DNA of 64,000 nt from Actinomycetes bacterium (GCA_021809495.1 JAKAZI010000003.1:368-64367), one strand, 5' to 3'. Positions 49,452-59,297 are shown, numbered from the stretch's first letter. Notes: generated from the sequence alone by a model not told the origin. Made by a program: numbers and translations.

Positions 49452-50156
49452 TCAGAGACCCATCGCCAGGCCGCCGTCGACGGCGAGAACGGTTCCGGTG
49501 ATGTAGCGGGCGTGGTTACTGGCCAGGAACCCCACCGCGTCAGCGATTTCGGACGGTGTGCCGACCCGGCCCATGGGGATCAGCGCGGTGAGTTGTTCGC
49601 CGCTCTGGCCGAGCGCCTGGGTCATGTCGGTGTCGATGAACCCGGGGGCGACCACGTTCACGGTGATGGCACGACTGGCCACCTCTTTGGCGAGCGAGCG
49701 CGCGAGGCCTACGAGGCCGGCCTTGGCGGCGGCGTAGTTCGCCTGGCCCGGCACCCCCAGGTAGGGACTGACCGAACCCATGAAGATGATCGTTCCGGCT
49801 CGCGCGCGCACCATGGAGGCGAGCACGGCGCGCGCCGTGTAGAACGCACCGTCGAGATTGGTCGCGAGCACGTCGCGCCACTGCTCGTCGGTCATGCGAA
49901 GCGCGAGCCCGTCGCGGGTGACCCCGGCGTTGGCGACGGCGACGGCGACGGGCCCGAAGCGCTCGATGGCGTTCTTCGTCGCCTCGGTGACGGCGGCCGA
50001 GTCCGCGACGTCAACGGCGAAGGAAGCGGCGCAGCCGACTGGCGCGTCGCCCGATCGCGAGAACGCGACGACGGTGTCACCGAGGTCGATGAAGTGCTGG
50101 GCGACGGCGGCGCCGATGCCTCGGCTGGCACCGGTCACGAGGACGTGACGACTCAT
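49452..50156 (-). CDS. fabG: 3-oxoacyl-ACP reductase
   Basis: TGASRGIG, NAGVTRD, GQANYAAAK, PGFIDTDM. Confidence 0.96.
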   Translation of the reverse strand: MSRHVLVTGASRGIGAAVAQHFIDLGDTVVAFSRSGDAPVGCAASFAVDVADSAAVTEATKNAIERFGPVAVAVANAGVTRDGLALRMTDEQWRDVLATNLDGAFYTARAVLASMVRARAGTIIFMGSVSPYLGVPGQANYAAAKAGLVGLARSLAKEVASRAITVNVVAPGFIDTDMTQALGQSGEQLTALIPMGRVGTPSEIADAVGFLASNHARYITGTVLAVDGGLAMGL

Positions 50157-51073
50157 AGGGCTCCTTTCGCGCTAGCGGGTCCGTCGAGCACGACCTGGAG
50201 GTCGAACTCGCGAATCCGTTTGCACAGACCGGTCAACACCGCTCCGGGAGCCATCTCGACCGAGGTGGTCACGCGCTGGGGCAGGGCGAGTGTGGCGCCG
50301 AGGAAGTCGACGGGTTCGGTCAGCTGTCTCGAGAGCAGGGTCGCCCACAGCGAGCCGTGGTGGGCCGACGCGTCGACGTTGGCGATGACCGCAACCTCGG
50401 AATCGTGCCAAGTCACCCCGGCGAGTGCCTCGTCGAGGTCGGGCTGGGCGCTCGCCATCAACGGAGAGTGGAACGCGCCGCCGACCGGTAGCGGCGTCGC
50501 GCGCCGCCAGCCGAGTTCGCGGTGGCGTTCGAGCAGGTCGTCGAGGGCTGCCCGGGTGCCGCTGACGACGATCTGACCGGTGCCATTGATGTTGGCGACC
50601 CACAGGTCGTTGAGGTCGTCAAGCGCGCGCCGTGCCTCGTCGTCGCCCCCCATGAGTGCCACCATCGAGCCGACGTGTTCGTGGGCGGCGCGGGCCATGG
50701 CCGCGCCGCGCGCCGCGATCAGCCGGGCTCCGTCGGTGATGTCGAGCACGCCCGCGGCGGTGAGCGCGGTGAACTCGCCGAGACTGTGGCCGAGGTGGAC
50801 CTGGGGGCGAACGCCGTCTTCAGTGAGGGTCCCAAAGGCGACGAGCGAGAGCGCGAAGGTGGCGAGCTGGGCGTTGTCGGTGCGGATGACGTCGGCCTCG
50901 GCGTCGATCAGGAGGTGCTCGACGTCCACGCCGGTGACCTCGCTGATCGTCTCGACGACGCGCCAGTGCGGTGAGGAACGCCACGGGAGGCCCGCGGCCG
51001 GCGCGATCGAGCCCTGTCCGGGGAAGAGTCCCACGAGATCCGAGCGCAGTCTTGCGTGGTCACGATCAGTCAT
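50153..51073 (-). CDS. fabD: Malonyl-CoA:ACP transacylase
   Basis: FPGQGS, GHSLGE, RG..M, AFHS. Confidence 0.95.
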   Translation of the reverse strand: MTDRDHARLRSDLVGLFPGQGSIAPAAGLPWRSSPHWRVVETISEVTGVDVEHLLIDAEADVIRTDNAQLATFALSLVAFGTLTEDGVRPQVHLGHSLGEFTALTAAGVLDITDGARLIAARGAAMARAAHEHVGSMVALMGGDDEARRALDDLNDLWVANINGTGQIVVSGTRAALDDLLERHRELGWRRATPLPVGGAFHSPLMASAQPDLDEALAGVTWHDSEVAVIANVDASAHHGSLWATLLSRQLTEPVDFLGATLALPQRVTTSVEMAPGAVLTGLCKRIREFDLQVVLDGPASAKGAL

Positions 51074-51088
51074 GCGCCAACGCTACAG

Positions 51089-51172
51089 TGCCCGGAGTGG
51101 GACTTGAACCCACACACCCTCTCGAGTAAAGGCTTTTGAGGCCTCCGCGTCTGCCGATTCCGCCATCCGGGC
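51089..51172 (-). tRNA. tRNA-Leu: tRNA-Leu (anticodon CAA); CCA end not encoded
   Basis: GCCCGGA/TCCGGGC acceptor stem, D-loop GGCAGA, anticodon arm GAGGC-CTCAAAA-GCCTT, long variable arm, GGTTCAAGTCC T-arm. Confidence 0.96.
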
Positions 51173-51212
51173 TTGCGGGGAACACGGTAGCAGCAACCGT
51201 AATGTGGCGGGA

Positions 51213-52244
51213 GTGGAGATAACGATCTGGCGGTCCGCGACGACGTTGGCCTCGCCGATACAGGGCGCCGCCCAGCGTCACGACGTTCGCGAGCATCTCT
51301 TCGCCGCAATTACGGTCGACGGGCTCACCGGCTACGGCGAGGTGTCGCCCCAACCTCAGTCGTTGAACGGCGATCCGAGCGCGGCGTTGGTGGTGGCGGC
51401 ACTGCGCGACGAGGTCCCGGCGCACCTGGAACGGCTGGCGCAGGCGCTTGCTGACGAGGCCGGCTGGGCGCGCATCCACCAACTGGCCGGTCCCCGGCCG
51501 GCGAGCCTCGTCGCGTGGGCGCTCGTTGAGATGGCCCTCTTGGACCTGCAGTTACGACGCAGCGGGCTCAGCCTCGCCGACGAGTGGCCGGAGCGCGCGA
51601 AGCCGCGGGTGATGGCGACGGTTTCCCTGCTCGACGAAACACTGCCGAAGCTCGCGAGCGAAGTCGAACGACTGCGCGTGAAGGTCGGGCCCGGGGTTCG
51701 CCCGGGCCCCGCGCTCGACGCGTTGCACGACCTCGGGCGGCCGGTCATCGCCGACTACAACTGTTCGGCGCCGAATGTGGAGGTGGTGCTCGAGGACCTC
51801 GCCGTGCTGAGGTCGTCGCTGGTCGTGGTCGCGGTCGAACAGCCCTTCGCGCCCGGCAATCTCATCGATCACGCCCGACTCCACGCCGAGGGCGTCGTCG
51901 CGGTCAGTCTGGACGAGGGCGTGCGCTCCATCGTGGACCTACGCCATATCGCGCGTTACCGCGCGGGCGCGCTCGTCTGCATCAAACCAGCGCGGGTGGG
52001 TGGTCTCGCCGTTGCGCGCACGATGATCCTCGAAGCCCTCGACCTCGGGCTGCGGCCCTACGTCGGGGGGTTCTTCGAGTCGCCCCTCGCGCGCGGCGTG
52101 CACCGCCAGCTCGTTGCGGCGATGGTCGACGAGCCCAGTGACGTCGCACCGGTGGCGGGGCTCGGCGCCCCGGTCGTCGAGCGACCGGGGGGCGTGGGCT
52201 GGACCGCGCAGCGCGGCGAGGTGCTGCTGCAGTTACCAGGGTGA
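51213..52244 (+). CDS. menC: Enolase-superfamily o-succinylbenzoate synthase-like protein
   Basis: GYGE, RVK, DYN, EQP, LDE, IKP..GG, GG..ES. GTG 51213 preferred (7 nt after TAATGT); 51204 is the alternative. Confidence 0.7.
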   Translation: MEITIWRSATTLASPIQGAAQRHDVREHLFAAITVDGLTGYGEVSPQPQSLNGDPSAALVVAALRDEVPAHLERLAQALADEAGWARIHQLAGPRPASLVAWALVEMALLDLQLRRSGLSLADEWPERAKPRVMATVSLLDETLPKLASEVERLRVKVGPGVRPGPALDALHDLGRPVIADYNCSAPNVEVVLEDLAVLRSSLVVVAVEQPFAPGNLIDHARLHAEGVVAVSLDEGVRSIVDLRHIARYRAGALVCIKPARVGGLAVARTMILEALDLGLRPYVGGFFESPLARGVHRQLVAAMVDEPSDVAPVAGLGAPVVERPGGVGWTAQRGEVLLQLPG

Positions 52245-52342
52245 GTCCGGGCTATCGGGCGGTGGCCGCGGTCGAGCTCGCCTCGCCCCGGGGCGAGGCG
52301 GCCAGCAAATCTGGACGAAGCCAAGGCTTTACACTGCTGAAC

Positions 52343-52633
52343 GTGGGGATTCGTCTGGTTCGTCGACGCTTGGAGGACGTGCAGCGGCGCCTCTCGGTCG
52401 CTCGCGAGAGCCTGCACGTGCTCGAAGAACAGGTGGCGGTGTGGAATGACGCGCTCGACGAGTCGAGAATTCGCGCCCTGGTTTCAGAGACCCCGCTGCA
52501 GGCGCAAGAATATGACGAGCTCTCGCGGCACGTCGCCGCGGCCAATGCGGAGTTGACGCGACGACGTCACGAGGTCGAAGACCTCGTGATCGAACGAGAT
52601 GACCTGTTACGAAGCTGGACACCGAAGGACTGA
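52343..52633 (+). CDS. Coiled-coil hypothetical protein (96 aa)
   Basis: Heptad pattern around RALVSETP. GTG lies 7 nt after TACACT; stop is 2 nt before the response regulator start. Confidence 0.7.
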   Translation: MGIRLVRRRLEDVQRRLSVARESLHVLEEQVAVWNDALDESRIRALVSETPLQAQEYDELSRHVAAANAELTRRRHEVEDLVIERDDLLRSWTPKD

Positions 52634-52635
52634 CT

Positions 52636-53208
52636 ATGGAAAAGCGAGTGGTAATCGCCGACGATGAATCGATCATCCGACTCGACCTCAAGGAGATCCT
52701 GGAGAGTGACGGGTACCTCGTGGTGGGCGAAGCGGCCCGGGGAGACGACGCGCTGGCCCTGATCCAAGAGCACCGGCCCGACCTGGCGCTGCTCGACGTG
52801 AAGATGCCCGGGCTGGACGGGATCGAGGTGTCGCGCGCGGTGAAGGACACCGCAACGGTGGTGGTGCTGCTCACCGCCTTCAGCCAGCGCTCGCTCATCG
52901 AGAACGCCCGCGACGCCGGGGTCGCGGCCTACCTGGTCAAGCCGTTTCGCAGCAGTGAACTGCTGCCCAAGCTCGCGGCCATCTTGAATCCAGCGGCCGA
53001 CGAGGGTTTCGTCGGCACCGACGTTCACCACGTGGAGGACAAGATCGAGACCCGCGAGATCGTCCAGCGCGCGAAGGAGTACCTGATGAGCGAGCGCGGA
53101 CTCGACGAGCCCTCGGCCTTCGAGATCATCCAGCAGACCGCCATGCGCGGACGCACGCGGATGCGTGACGTCGCCCAACAGATTCTGCGCGGTGAATTTG
53201 GTGGCTGA
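52636..53208 (+). CDS. pdtaR: Receiver-ANTAR response regulator (PdtaR-like)
   Basis: ADDE, LDVKMP, LTAFSQ, YLVKPF and the ANTAR segment RAKEYLM..EPSAF..IQ..AM. Sits between tRNA-Leu and polA as in other actinobacteria. Confidence 0.9.
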   Translation: MEKRVVIADDESIIRLDLKEILESDGYLVVGEAARGDDALALIQEHRPDLALLDVKMPGLDGIEVSRAVKDTATVVVLLTAFSQRSLIENARDAGVAAYLVKPFRSSELLPKLAAILNPAADEGFVGTDVHHVEDKIETREIVQRAKEYLMSERGLDEPSAFEIIQQTAMRGRTRMRDVAQQILRGEFGG

Positions 53209-55804
53209 GCAGCGAGCCGACGCGCCTCTGGTCGTCCTGGACGGCATGTCGCTCGCCTTTAGGGCGTTCTTCGCCCTCTCGCCCGAGATCGCGACCTCCA
53301 ACGGCGTCGTGACCAACGCGTTGCACGGGTTTGCGGCGATGCTGCACTCACTGGTGCGCACCCAGCACCCGCGCGCGCTCGCGGTCGCCTTCGACCTGCC
53401 CGGGGGGACGTTCCGCGACGCGATGAGCGAGGACTACAAGGGTGGTCGCGCCGCGACGCCGCCGGAGCTCGAGCCGCAGTTCGGTTTCATTCGCTCGCTC
53501 TGTGAGGCGCTGCACATACCGGTACTCGCCGTACCGGGCTTCGAGGCCGATGACGTCTTGGCGACGCTCGCGACCTGGGGCCGGGAGAACCACATCGCGG
53601 TCACCGTGGTGACGGGGGACCGCGACACGTTCCAACTGGTCGAGGACCCCTACGTGCGGGTGCTCTATAACCGCCGGGGAGTCTCGGACTACTCGCTCTA
53701 CGACGAGGCGGGCATCGTCGAGCGCTGTGGCGTGGAACCCGCGCGCTACCCGCTGCTCGCCGCGCTGCGCGGGGACCCCTCGGACAACCTGCCCGGCGTG
53801 CCCGGGGTGGGCGAGAAGACCGCCGCCAAACTGCTCGCCCAGTACCACGACTTCGACGAGCTCTACCAGCACCTCGACGACCTCACGCCCAAGCTGCGAG
53901 AGAATCTGGCCGCCTTCGAGGACCGGGCCCGCAACAACGAACGGGTGATGCGCCTCGTGCGTGACGTGCCGCTCGAGTTCACCCTCGAGGAGCTCACGCT
54001 CGGGGGCTGGAACCACGCCGACGCACTGGCCTTCTTCGATCGCTTCGAGATGAAGGCGATGCGCAACCGCTTCGACCAGTTGATGTCCGAGGGTCTGCTC
54101 GGATCCGGTGAGGTGGCCGACGCGCCGGCGCCTCGGGTCTCGACCGCCCCGACCTGGACCGACGTCTCGCCCGACGAGGTCATGGGCGCCGCGTCGCTGG
54201 TGGTCGCCTTTGACGACGACCGCGTCGCCGCCGGCGACCGCGCCAGGGGCATCGTCGCGGTGATGTCGTGGGACGAGTTCTTCGAGCGTTACCGCGGACA
54301 GCTGATCGCGGGCCACGACGTGAAGGCCCTCCTTCGCCGCGCGGCCGACCGGTCGCTCGCGACACCCAATCCCGTCGAGGACGCGGCGATCATGGCGTTC
54401 CTCGTGGACTCGGTGAGTGGCCGGTACTCGCTCGACGAGCTGAGCCTGACGTACCTGGGCGTCGCGAACGCCTCGGCGGCCCCGACGCTCTTCGGTCACG
54501 GAGACGGCGAGTACCTGCGTGACGACCTCACGCGCGTCGTCCAGCTCATCGACGTGTTGCGCGAGGAGATCGTGCGCTGGGAGCTCGGTTACGTCTACGA
54601 ATCGATCGAGTTGCCGCTCGTGTCGGTGCTCGCGCGCATGGAGTCGCGCGGCGTTCGCGTCGACGTGGCGCTGTTGCGCAAAATTCTGAAGGAGTTCACC
54701 GCCGAGGCCGCACTCCTCGACGCGTCGATCCAGGAGGTCGTCGGCCACCCCTTCAAGCTCAACTCGCCCCAGCAGCTCCAGACCGTGCTCTTTGACGAGC
54801 TCGGCCTGAGCGCGGTTCGAAAGATCAAGACGGGGTACTCCACGGACGCGTCGAGCCTCGAGGCGATCATCGACGAACACCGCGTCGTAGCGATGATCCT
54901 GCGCTACCGCGAGGTTGAGAAGCTGCGCAGCACCTACGGCGCGCCGTTGATCGACAGCGTCGGGGCCGATGGACGGATCCACGCGGTCTTCCAACAGACC
55001 GTGGCGCGCACCGGCCGGCTCTCGTCGGAGAATCCGAACCTGCACAACATCCCCGTGCGAAGCGACGAGGGCCGACGCCTGCGCTACGCCTTCGTGCCCG
55101 AGGACGGCTGGTCGCTCGCGGTGGCGGACTACAACCAGATCGAACTGCGCATCCTCGCGCACCTCTCCCAAGACGAAGGGCTCCTCGGCGCCTTCGCCGC
55201 CGGCGAGGACGTGCACCGCGCGATCGCGAGCTCGGTGTTCGGCGTAGCGCCCGATGCGATCACCCACGAGCAGCGCGAACAGGCCAAGGCCGTCTCCTAC
55301 GGGCTCGCCTACGGCATGGAGGCCTTCGGGCTCAGTCAGCGCCTCGGGCTCACCGTCGCCAACGCCCGCGCCATCATGGACCGCTACTTCGAGGGCTTCC
55401 CGACGCTGCGCCACTACATGGACGAGACCGTGCGCCAGATCCGCGAGCGGGGCTACTCGCGCACCGAGTTAGGACGCATCCGGCCGTTCCCCGACCTCGC
55501 GACCGCGACCGGACCCCAGCGCCAGGCCGCCGAACGCCAGGCGATGAACGCCGGCATCCAGGGCCTCGCGGCCGACGTGTTCAAGTCGGCGCTCGTGCGC
55601 CTCGACGACTTCTTGCGCGACGGGGGCTACGAGGCCCGGCTCATCTTGCAGGTCCACGACGAAGTCCTCGTCGAGGCGCCGCGCGAGGAGCGCGACGCCG
55701 TCGGGGCGGTGATCGTCGACGCCCTGGTGAACGCGGCGGCGCTGACGGTGCCCCTCGACGTCTCGCTGCGATGGGGCGAGAACTGGGCGCAGGCCAAGGG
55801 CTGA
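53201..55804 (+). CDS. polA: DNA polymerase I
   Basis: 5'-3' exonuclease (EADD, GDPSDN, GEKTA); RLSS..PNL, DYNQIELR, YG..YG, QVHDE. Confidence 0.98.
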   Translation: MAEQRADAPLVVLDGMSLAFRAFFALSPEIATSNGVVTNALHGFAAMLHSLVRTQHPRALAVAFDLPGGTFRDAMSEDYKGGRAATPPELEPQFGFIRSLCEALHIPVLAVPGFEADDVLATLATWGRENHIAVTVVTGDRDTFQLVEDPYVRVLYNRRGVSDYSLYDEAGIVERCGVEPARYPLLAALRGDPSDNLPGVPGVGEKTAAKLLAQYHDFDELYQHLDDLTPKLRENLAAFEDRARNNERVMRLVRDVPLEFTLEELTLGGWNHADALAFFDRFEMKAMRNRFDQLMSEGLLGSGEVADAPAPRVSTAPTWTDVSPDEVMGAASLVVAFDDDRVAAGDRARGIVAVMSWDEFFERYRGQLIAGHDVKALLRRAADRSLATPNPVEDAAIMAFLVDSVSGRYSLDELSLTYLGVANASAAPTLFGHGDGEYLRDDLTRVVQLIDVLREEIVRWELGYVYESIELPLVSVLARMESRGVRVDVALLRKILKEFTAEAALLDASIQEVVGHPFKLNSPQQLQTVLFDELGLSAVRKIKTGYSTDASSLEAIIDEHRVVAMILRYREVEKLRSTYGAPLIDSVGADGRIHAVFQQTVARTGRLSSENPNLHNIPVRSDEGRRLRYAFVPEDGWSLAVADYNQIELRILAHLSQDEGLLGAFAAGEDVHRAIASSVFGVAPDAITHEQREQAKAVSYGLAYGMEAFGLSQRLGLTVANARAIMDRYFEGFPTLRHYMDETVRQIRERGYSRTELGRIRPFPDLATATGPQRQAAERQAMNAGIQGLAADVFKSALVRLDDFLRDGGYEARLILQVHDEVLVEAPREERDAVGAVIVDALVNAAALTVPLDVSLRWGENWAQAKG

Positions 55805-55823
55805 CCCGGTGCTAGGATTGCGC

Positions 55824-55875
55824 GTCGGGTTAACGCCGGTAATTCGACCCTTGTCGCCTAGTCAGGCCCCGGCGT
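55824..55875 (+). promoter_or_regulatory. Structured rpsA 5' leader (possible H-type pseudoknot)
   Basis: Stem 55824-55832/55840-55848; loop ACGCCGG is complementary to CCGGCGT at 55869-55875. -10 TAGGAT at 55813-55818. Confidence 0.5.
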
Positions 55876-55897
55876 GGTCATCGAAAAGGTAGTACCA

Positions 55898-57283
55898 ATG
55901 TCGGAAGGCTCCAGCCTCCTCTCCTCCCAGCCCATGGGAACCTTCGACGCCGAGGGAAACTACATTCCCCGCGTCGTCACCGAAGACAACCTGGTCGGCA
56001 CCGACCTCACCGCGCTCGTCGGCAACAGCGTCCTCGAATTCGACGACGGTGACCTGGTCAGTGGCATCGTGGTCAAGATCGATCACGACGAAGTGCTGCT
56101 CGACATCGGCTTTAAGTCCGAAGGCGTCATCCCGGCGCGCGAGCTCTCCATCCGCAACGACGCCGACCCCGCCGACATCGTGTCGCTCGGCGAGCGCATC
56201 GAGTGCCTGGTCCTCCAGAAGGAGGACAAGGAAGGTCGACTCGTCCTGTCCAAGAAGCGAGCCCAGTACGAGAAGGCTTGGGCCAACATCGAAGAGCTCA
56301 AGACCCGTGACGAGATCGTCAAGGGTGTCGTCATCGAGGTCGTCAAGGGCGGACTCATCGTGGACATCGGCCTGCGCGGCTTCCTACCCGCCTCGCTGGT
56401 CGAGTTGCGCCGTGTTCGCGAGCTCCAGCCCTACATCGGCAAGACCGTCGAGGCCAAGATCATCGAGCTCGACCGCAACCGCAACAACGTCGTGCTGTCG
56501 CGTCGCGCGTGGCTCGAAGAGACCCAGAAGGAACAGCGCGGCGACTTCCTCAACAACCTCAAGCCCGGCGAGCGTCGTCACGGCGTCATCTCCTCGGTGG
56601 TCAACTTCGGTGCGTTCGTGGACCTGGGCGGCATGGACGGCCTGATCCACGTCTCGGAGCTCTCCTGGAAGCACATCGACCACCCGAGCCAGGTCGTCGC
56701 GGTCGGCGACGAGGTCGACGTCGAGGTGTTGGACGTCGACTTCTCCAAGGAGCGCATCTCGCTGTCGCTGAAGGCGACCCAGTCGGACCCGTGGCAGGTC
56801 TTCGCCGACAGCCACGCCGTCGACCAGCTGGTCTACGGCCGGGTCACGAAGTTGGTGCCCTTCGGCGCCTTCATCCAGGTCGGCGACGGCATCGAGGGCC
56901 TCGTGCACATCTCGGAGATGGCGGCGCACCACGTGGACTCGCCCGACCAGGTCGTCACCGCGGGTGAGGAGCTCTGGGTCAAGATCATCGAGCTCGACAC
57001 CGCGCGACGCCGCATCAGCCTCTCGATCAAGCAGGCCGCCGAGGGTGGCGAGGTCTCCGAGGAGTACCGCGAAGCCTTCGGTTCGCACGCCTACGACAGC
57101 GAGGGCAACTACATCGGCGGCATCGAGTACGGCGAGTTCACGCCCGAGACCGAGGCCCAGGCCGCGTGGGCGGAGTACGCCACCGAGGCCGCGCCGAAGG
57201 ACGACGCCGCAGACGAGACCGCAGACGAGACCGTGGACGAGACCGCGTCCGACGTCGCTGAGGAGTCCCCGGACGGCGAGTAG
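55898..57283 (+). CDS. rpsA: 30S ribosomal protein S1
   Basis: Four S1 domains ([30 protein letters not shown]) and an acidic tail. Confidence 0.97.
   Translation: MSEGSSLLSSQPMGTFDAEGNYIPRVVTEDNLVGTDLTALVGNSVLEFDDGDLVSGIVVKIDHDEVLLDIGFKSEGVIPARELSIRNDADPADIVSLGERIECLVLQKEDKEGRLVLSKKRAQYEKAWANIEELKTRDEIVKGVVIEVVKGGLIVDIGLRGFLPASLVELRRVRELQPYIGKTVEAKIIELDRNRNNVVLSRRAWLEETQKEQRGDFLNNLKPGERRHGVISSVVNFGAFVDLGGMDGLIHVSELSWKHIDHPSQVVAVGDEVDVEVLDVDFSKERISLSLKATQSDPWQVFADSHAVDQLVYGRVTKLVPFGAFIQVGDGIEGLVHISEMAAHHVDSPDQVVTAGEELWVKIIELDTARRRISLSIKQAAEGGEVSEEYREAFGSHAYDSEGNYIGGIEYGEFTPETEAQAAWAEYATEAAPKDDAADETADETVDETASDVAEESPDGE
57212..57247 (+). repeat. Three in-frame 12-bp tandem repeats GACGAGACCGNN ([12 protein letters not shown])
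   Basis: Seen in the rpsA acidic tail. Confidence 0.7.
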
Positions 57284-57295
57284 TCAGTCGCCCGT

Positions 57296-57333
57296 CGCAA
57301 CGAACGCCCCGCTCGTGCGGGGCGTTCGTTGCG
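57296..57333. terminator. Bidirectional terminator hairpin between convergent rpsA and oppF
   Basis: Perfect 17-bp stem CGCAACGAACGCCCCGC with a 4-nt loop TCGT. Confidence 0.9.
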
Positions 57334-58302
57334 TTACTGGGCGATGAAGGGAAAGTGACAGGCGACCTGGTGTCCCGGCGCCACCTCGTGCGCGAGGGGC
57401 ACTTCGGCGGCGCAGCGCTCGGTGGCGAAGGGACAGCGCGAGCGGAAGCGACACCCGCTCGGCGGGTTGAGGGGACTCGGCGGTTCGCCCTCGAGCACGG
57501 CCCCGGTGCCGACGCTGTCGGGGTCGGCGTCGAGCGCCGCGCCGAGCAGGAACTTCGTGTAGGGGTGGGCCGGGGCCTGGTAGAGGACGTCCGAGGGGCC
57601 GATCTCGCAGATCCGTCCGAGGTACATCACCGCCACGCGATCGCTGATGTTCTTCACGACCGCGAGGTCGTGGGCGATGAAGAGCAGCGTGAGGCCGTAC
57701 TCGGCCTTTAGGTCTTCGAGCAGGTTCAAGATCTGGGCCTGCACCGAGACGTCGAGCGCCGAGACCACCTCGTCGCAGATCAGCAGCTGGGGGCGCATGG
57801 CCAGGGCGCGGGCGATCGAGATGCGCTGGCACTGGCCGCCCGAGAACTGGCGGGCGTAGCGCTCGCCGTAGACGTCGGGGTCGATGCCGACCTGGTTGAG
57901 CAGGTCGTCCACCAAACGGGCTCGCTCGTCGCCGCGCACCGTCTTCCACGCATCGAGGGGTTCGGCGACGATGCCGCGGACCCGTCGGCGGGGGTTGAGC
58001 GAGCTGATGGGGTCCTGGAAGACCATCTGCATGCGGGTGCGCGCGTGGCGCAGCGCCCGGCCGCGCTGGTGGGTGATGTCCACCCCGTCGAGTTCGACGG
58101 TCCCCGACGTCGGCTCGACGATCTTCATCAGCGCCTTGCCGGTCGTGGACTTGCCACAGCCCGATTCGCCGACGAGTCCGAGGGTCTCGCCCTCGTAGAC
58201 GTCAAAACTGACGTCGGCGACGGCCGAGACGACGTGGGTTCCCTTGGTGAAGTTCACCGTGAGATCGCGCACCTTCAAGAGGGGCTGGCGTTCGTCGGTC
58301 AT
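57334..58302 (-). CDS. oppF: Oligopeptide/dipeptide ABC transporter ATP-binding subunit
   Basis: GESGCGKS, FSGGQCQR, HPYT, PSGCRF..RC, VACH. Confidence 0.92.
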   Translation of the reverse strand: MTDERQPLLKVRDLTVNFTKGTHVVSAVADVSFDVYEGETLGLVGESGCGKSTTGKALMKIVEPTSGTVELDGVDITHQRGRALRHARTRMQMVFQDPISSLNPRRRVRGIVAEPLDAWKTVRGDERARLVDDLLNQVGIDPDVYGERYARQFSGGQCQRISIARALAMRPQLLICDEVVSALDVSVQAQILNLLEDLKAEYGLTLLFIAHDLAVVKNISDRVAVMYLGRICEIGPSDVLYQAPAHPYTKFLLGAALDADPDSVGTGAVLEGEPPSPLNPPSGCRFRSRCPFATERCAAEVPLAHEVAPGHQVACHFPFIAQ

Positions 58303-59297
58303 GGCCGGGTCCCTTCGCTGGAATCGGGTAGGGGATTCCAGCAGGCGAACCGGTGTCCGGGTTGCGCGGCCTCGCGCAGGGTGGGCCGTTCGACGTGGCA
58401 CTGCTCGGTCGCGTAGGCGCAGCGCGGCGCGAAGGCGCAGCCCGGAGGCATCGTCGAGAGGTTCGGCGGTCGGCCCGCGATGACCGCGAGGCGGGTGTGG
58501 GAGGCGTTGGACACCTTGGGCGAGCTCTCGAGCAGGGCCCGGGTGTAGGGCATGCGGTGGTGGTAGAAGATATCGCGCGTGTCGCCCATCTCGGCGATCT
58601 GGCCGGCGTACATGACGATGATCCGTGTGGCCCGCGTCGCGACGACGCCGAGGTCGTGGGTGATCAGGATCACCGACATCGAAAACTGCTGCTTGAGCGT
58701 GTCGAGCAGGTTCAGTATCTGGGCCTGGATCGTGACGTCGAGCCCGGTCGTGGGTTCGTCGGCGATGAGCAGCTTGGGCGAGCAGGCGAGCGCGGTGGCG
58801 ATCACCACGCGCTGGCGCATGCCGCCCGAGAGCTCGGTGGGGTAGGCGCGATAGCGCGACGCGGCCGACGGGATCCCGACCATCGTCAACAGCTCCAGCG
58901 CGCGCGCGTGCGCGGCGCGCCGGTCCATGCCCAGGCGCACCCGCAGCGTCTCGTCGATCTGGCGGCCGATACGCATCACCGGGTTGAGCGAGGTCATCGG
59001 GTCCTGGAAGACCATGGCGACCTCGGTGGCCCACATCGAGCGCATGACCCGTTCGCTCGCCCCGACGACCTCGTGGCCGTTCAACAGGACCGAGCCCGTC
59101 ACCTCGACGTTGGTGCGTGGCTGGAGACCCATGATCGTGCGCGCGAGCACGGTCTTGCCCGAACCCGACTCGCCGACGATGCCGAGTGTCTCGTTGGACC
59201 CCAGGTCGAAACTCACCCCGCCGACGGCCGGAACGGCGCCGGCGACGGTGCGAAAGGTGGTTCGCAGGTCCTTCACCTCGAGCAGGTGGTCGCTCAC
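58299..59297 (-). CDS. oppD: Oligopeptide/dipeptide ABC transporter ATP-binding subunit
   Basis: GESGSGKT, LSGGMRQR, DEPTT, GCAFAPRC. GTGA overlap with oppC. Confidence 0.92.
   Translation of the reverse strand: MSDHLLEVKDLRTTFRTVAGAVPAVGGVSFDLGSNETLGIVGESGSGKTVLARTIMGLQPRTNVEVTGSVLLNGHEVVGASERVMRSMWATEVAMVFQDPMTSLNPVMRIGRQIDETLRVRLGMDRRAAHARALELLTMVGIPSAASRYRAYPTELSGGMRQRVVIATALACSPKLLIADEPTTGLDVTIQAQILNLLDTLKQQFSMSVILITHDLGVVATRATRIIVMYAGQIAEMGDTRDIFYHHRMPYTRALLESSPKVSNASHTRLAVIAGRPPNLSTMPPGCAFAPRCAYATEQCHVERPTLREAAQPGHRFACWNPLPDSSEGTRP

Noticed and set aside
47950-51073. Type II polyketide synthase cluster
   Set aside because: A single KS with an intact FabF triad, no chain-length factor or cyclase, and a typical AcpP; this is primary fatty-acid synthesis.
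51089-51172. tRNA-Leu as an integration site for a genomic island
   Set aside because: No integrase and no duplicated tRNA 3' end seen; flanked by housekeeping genes.
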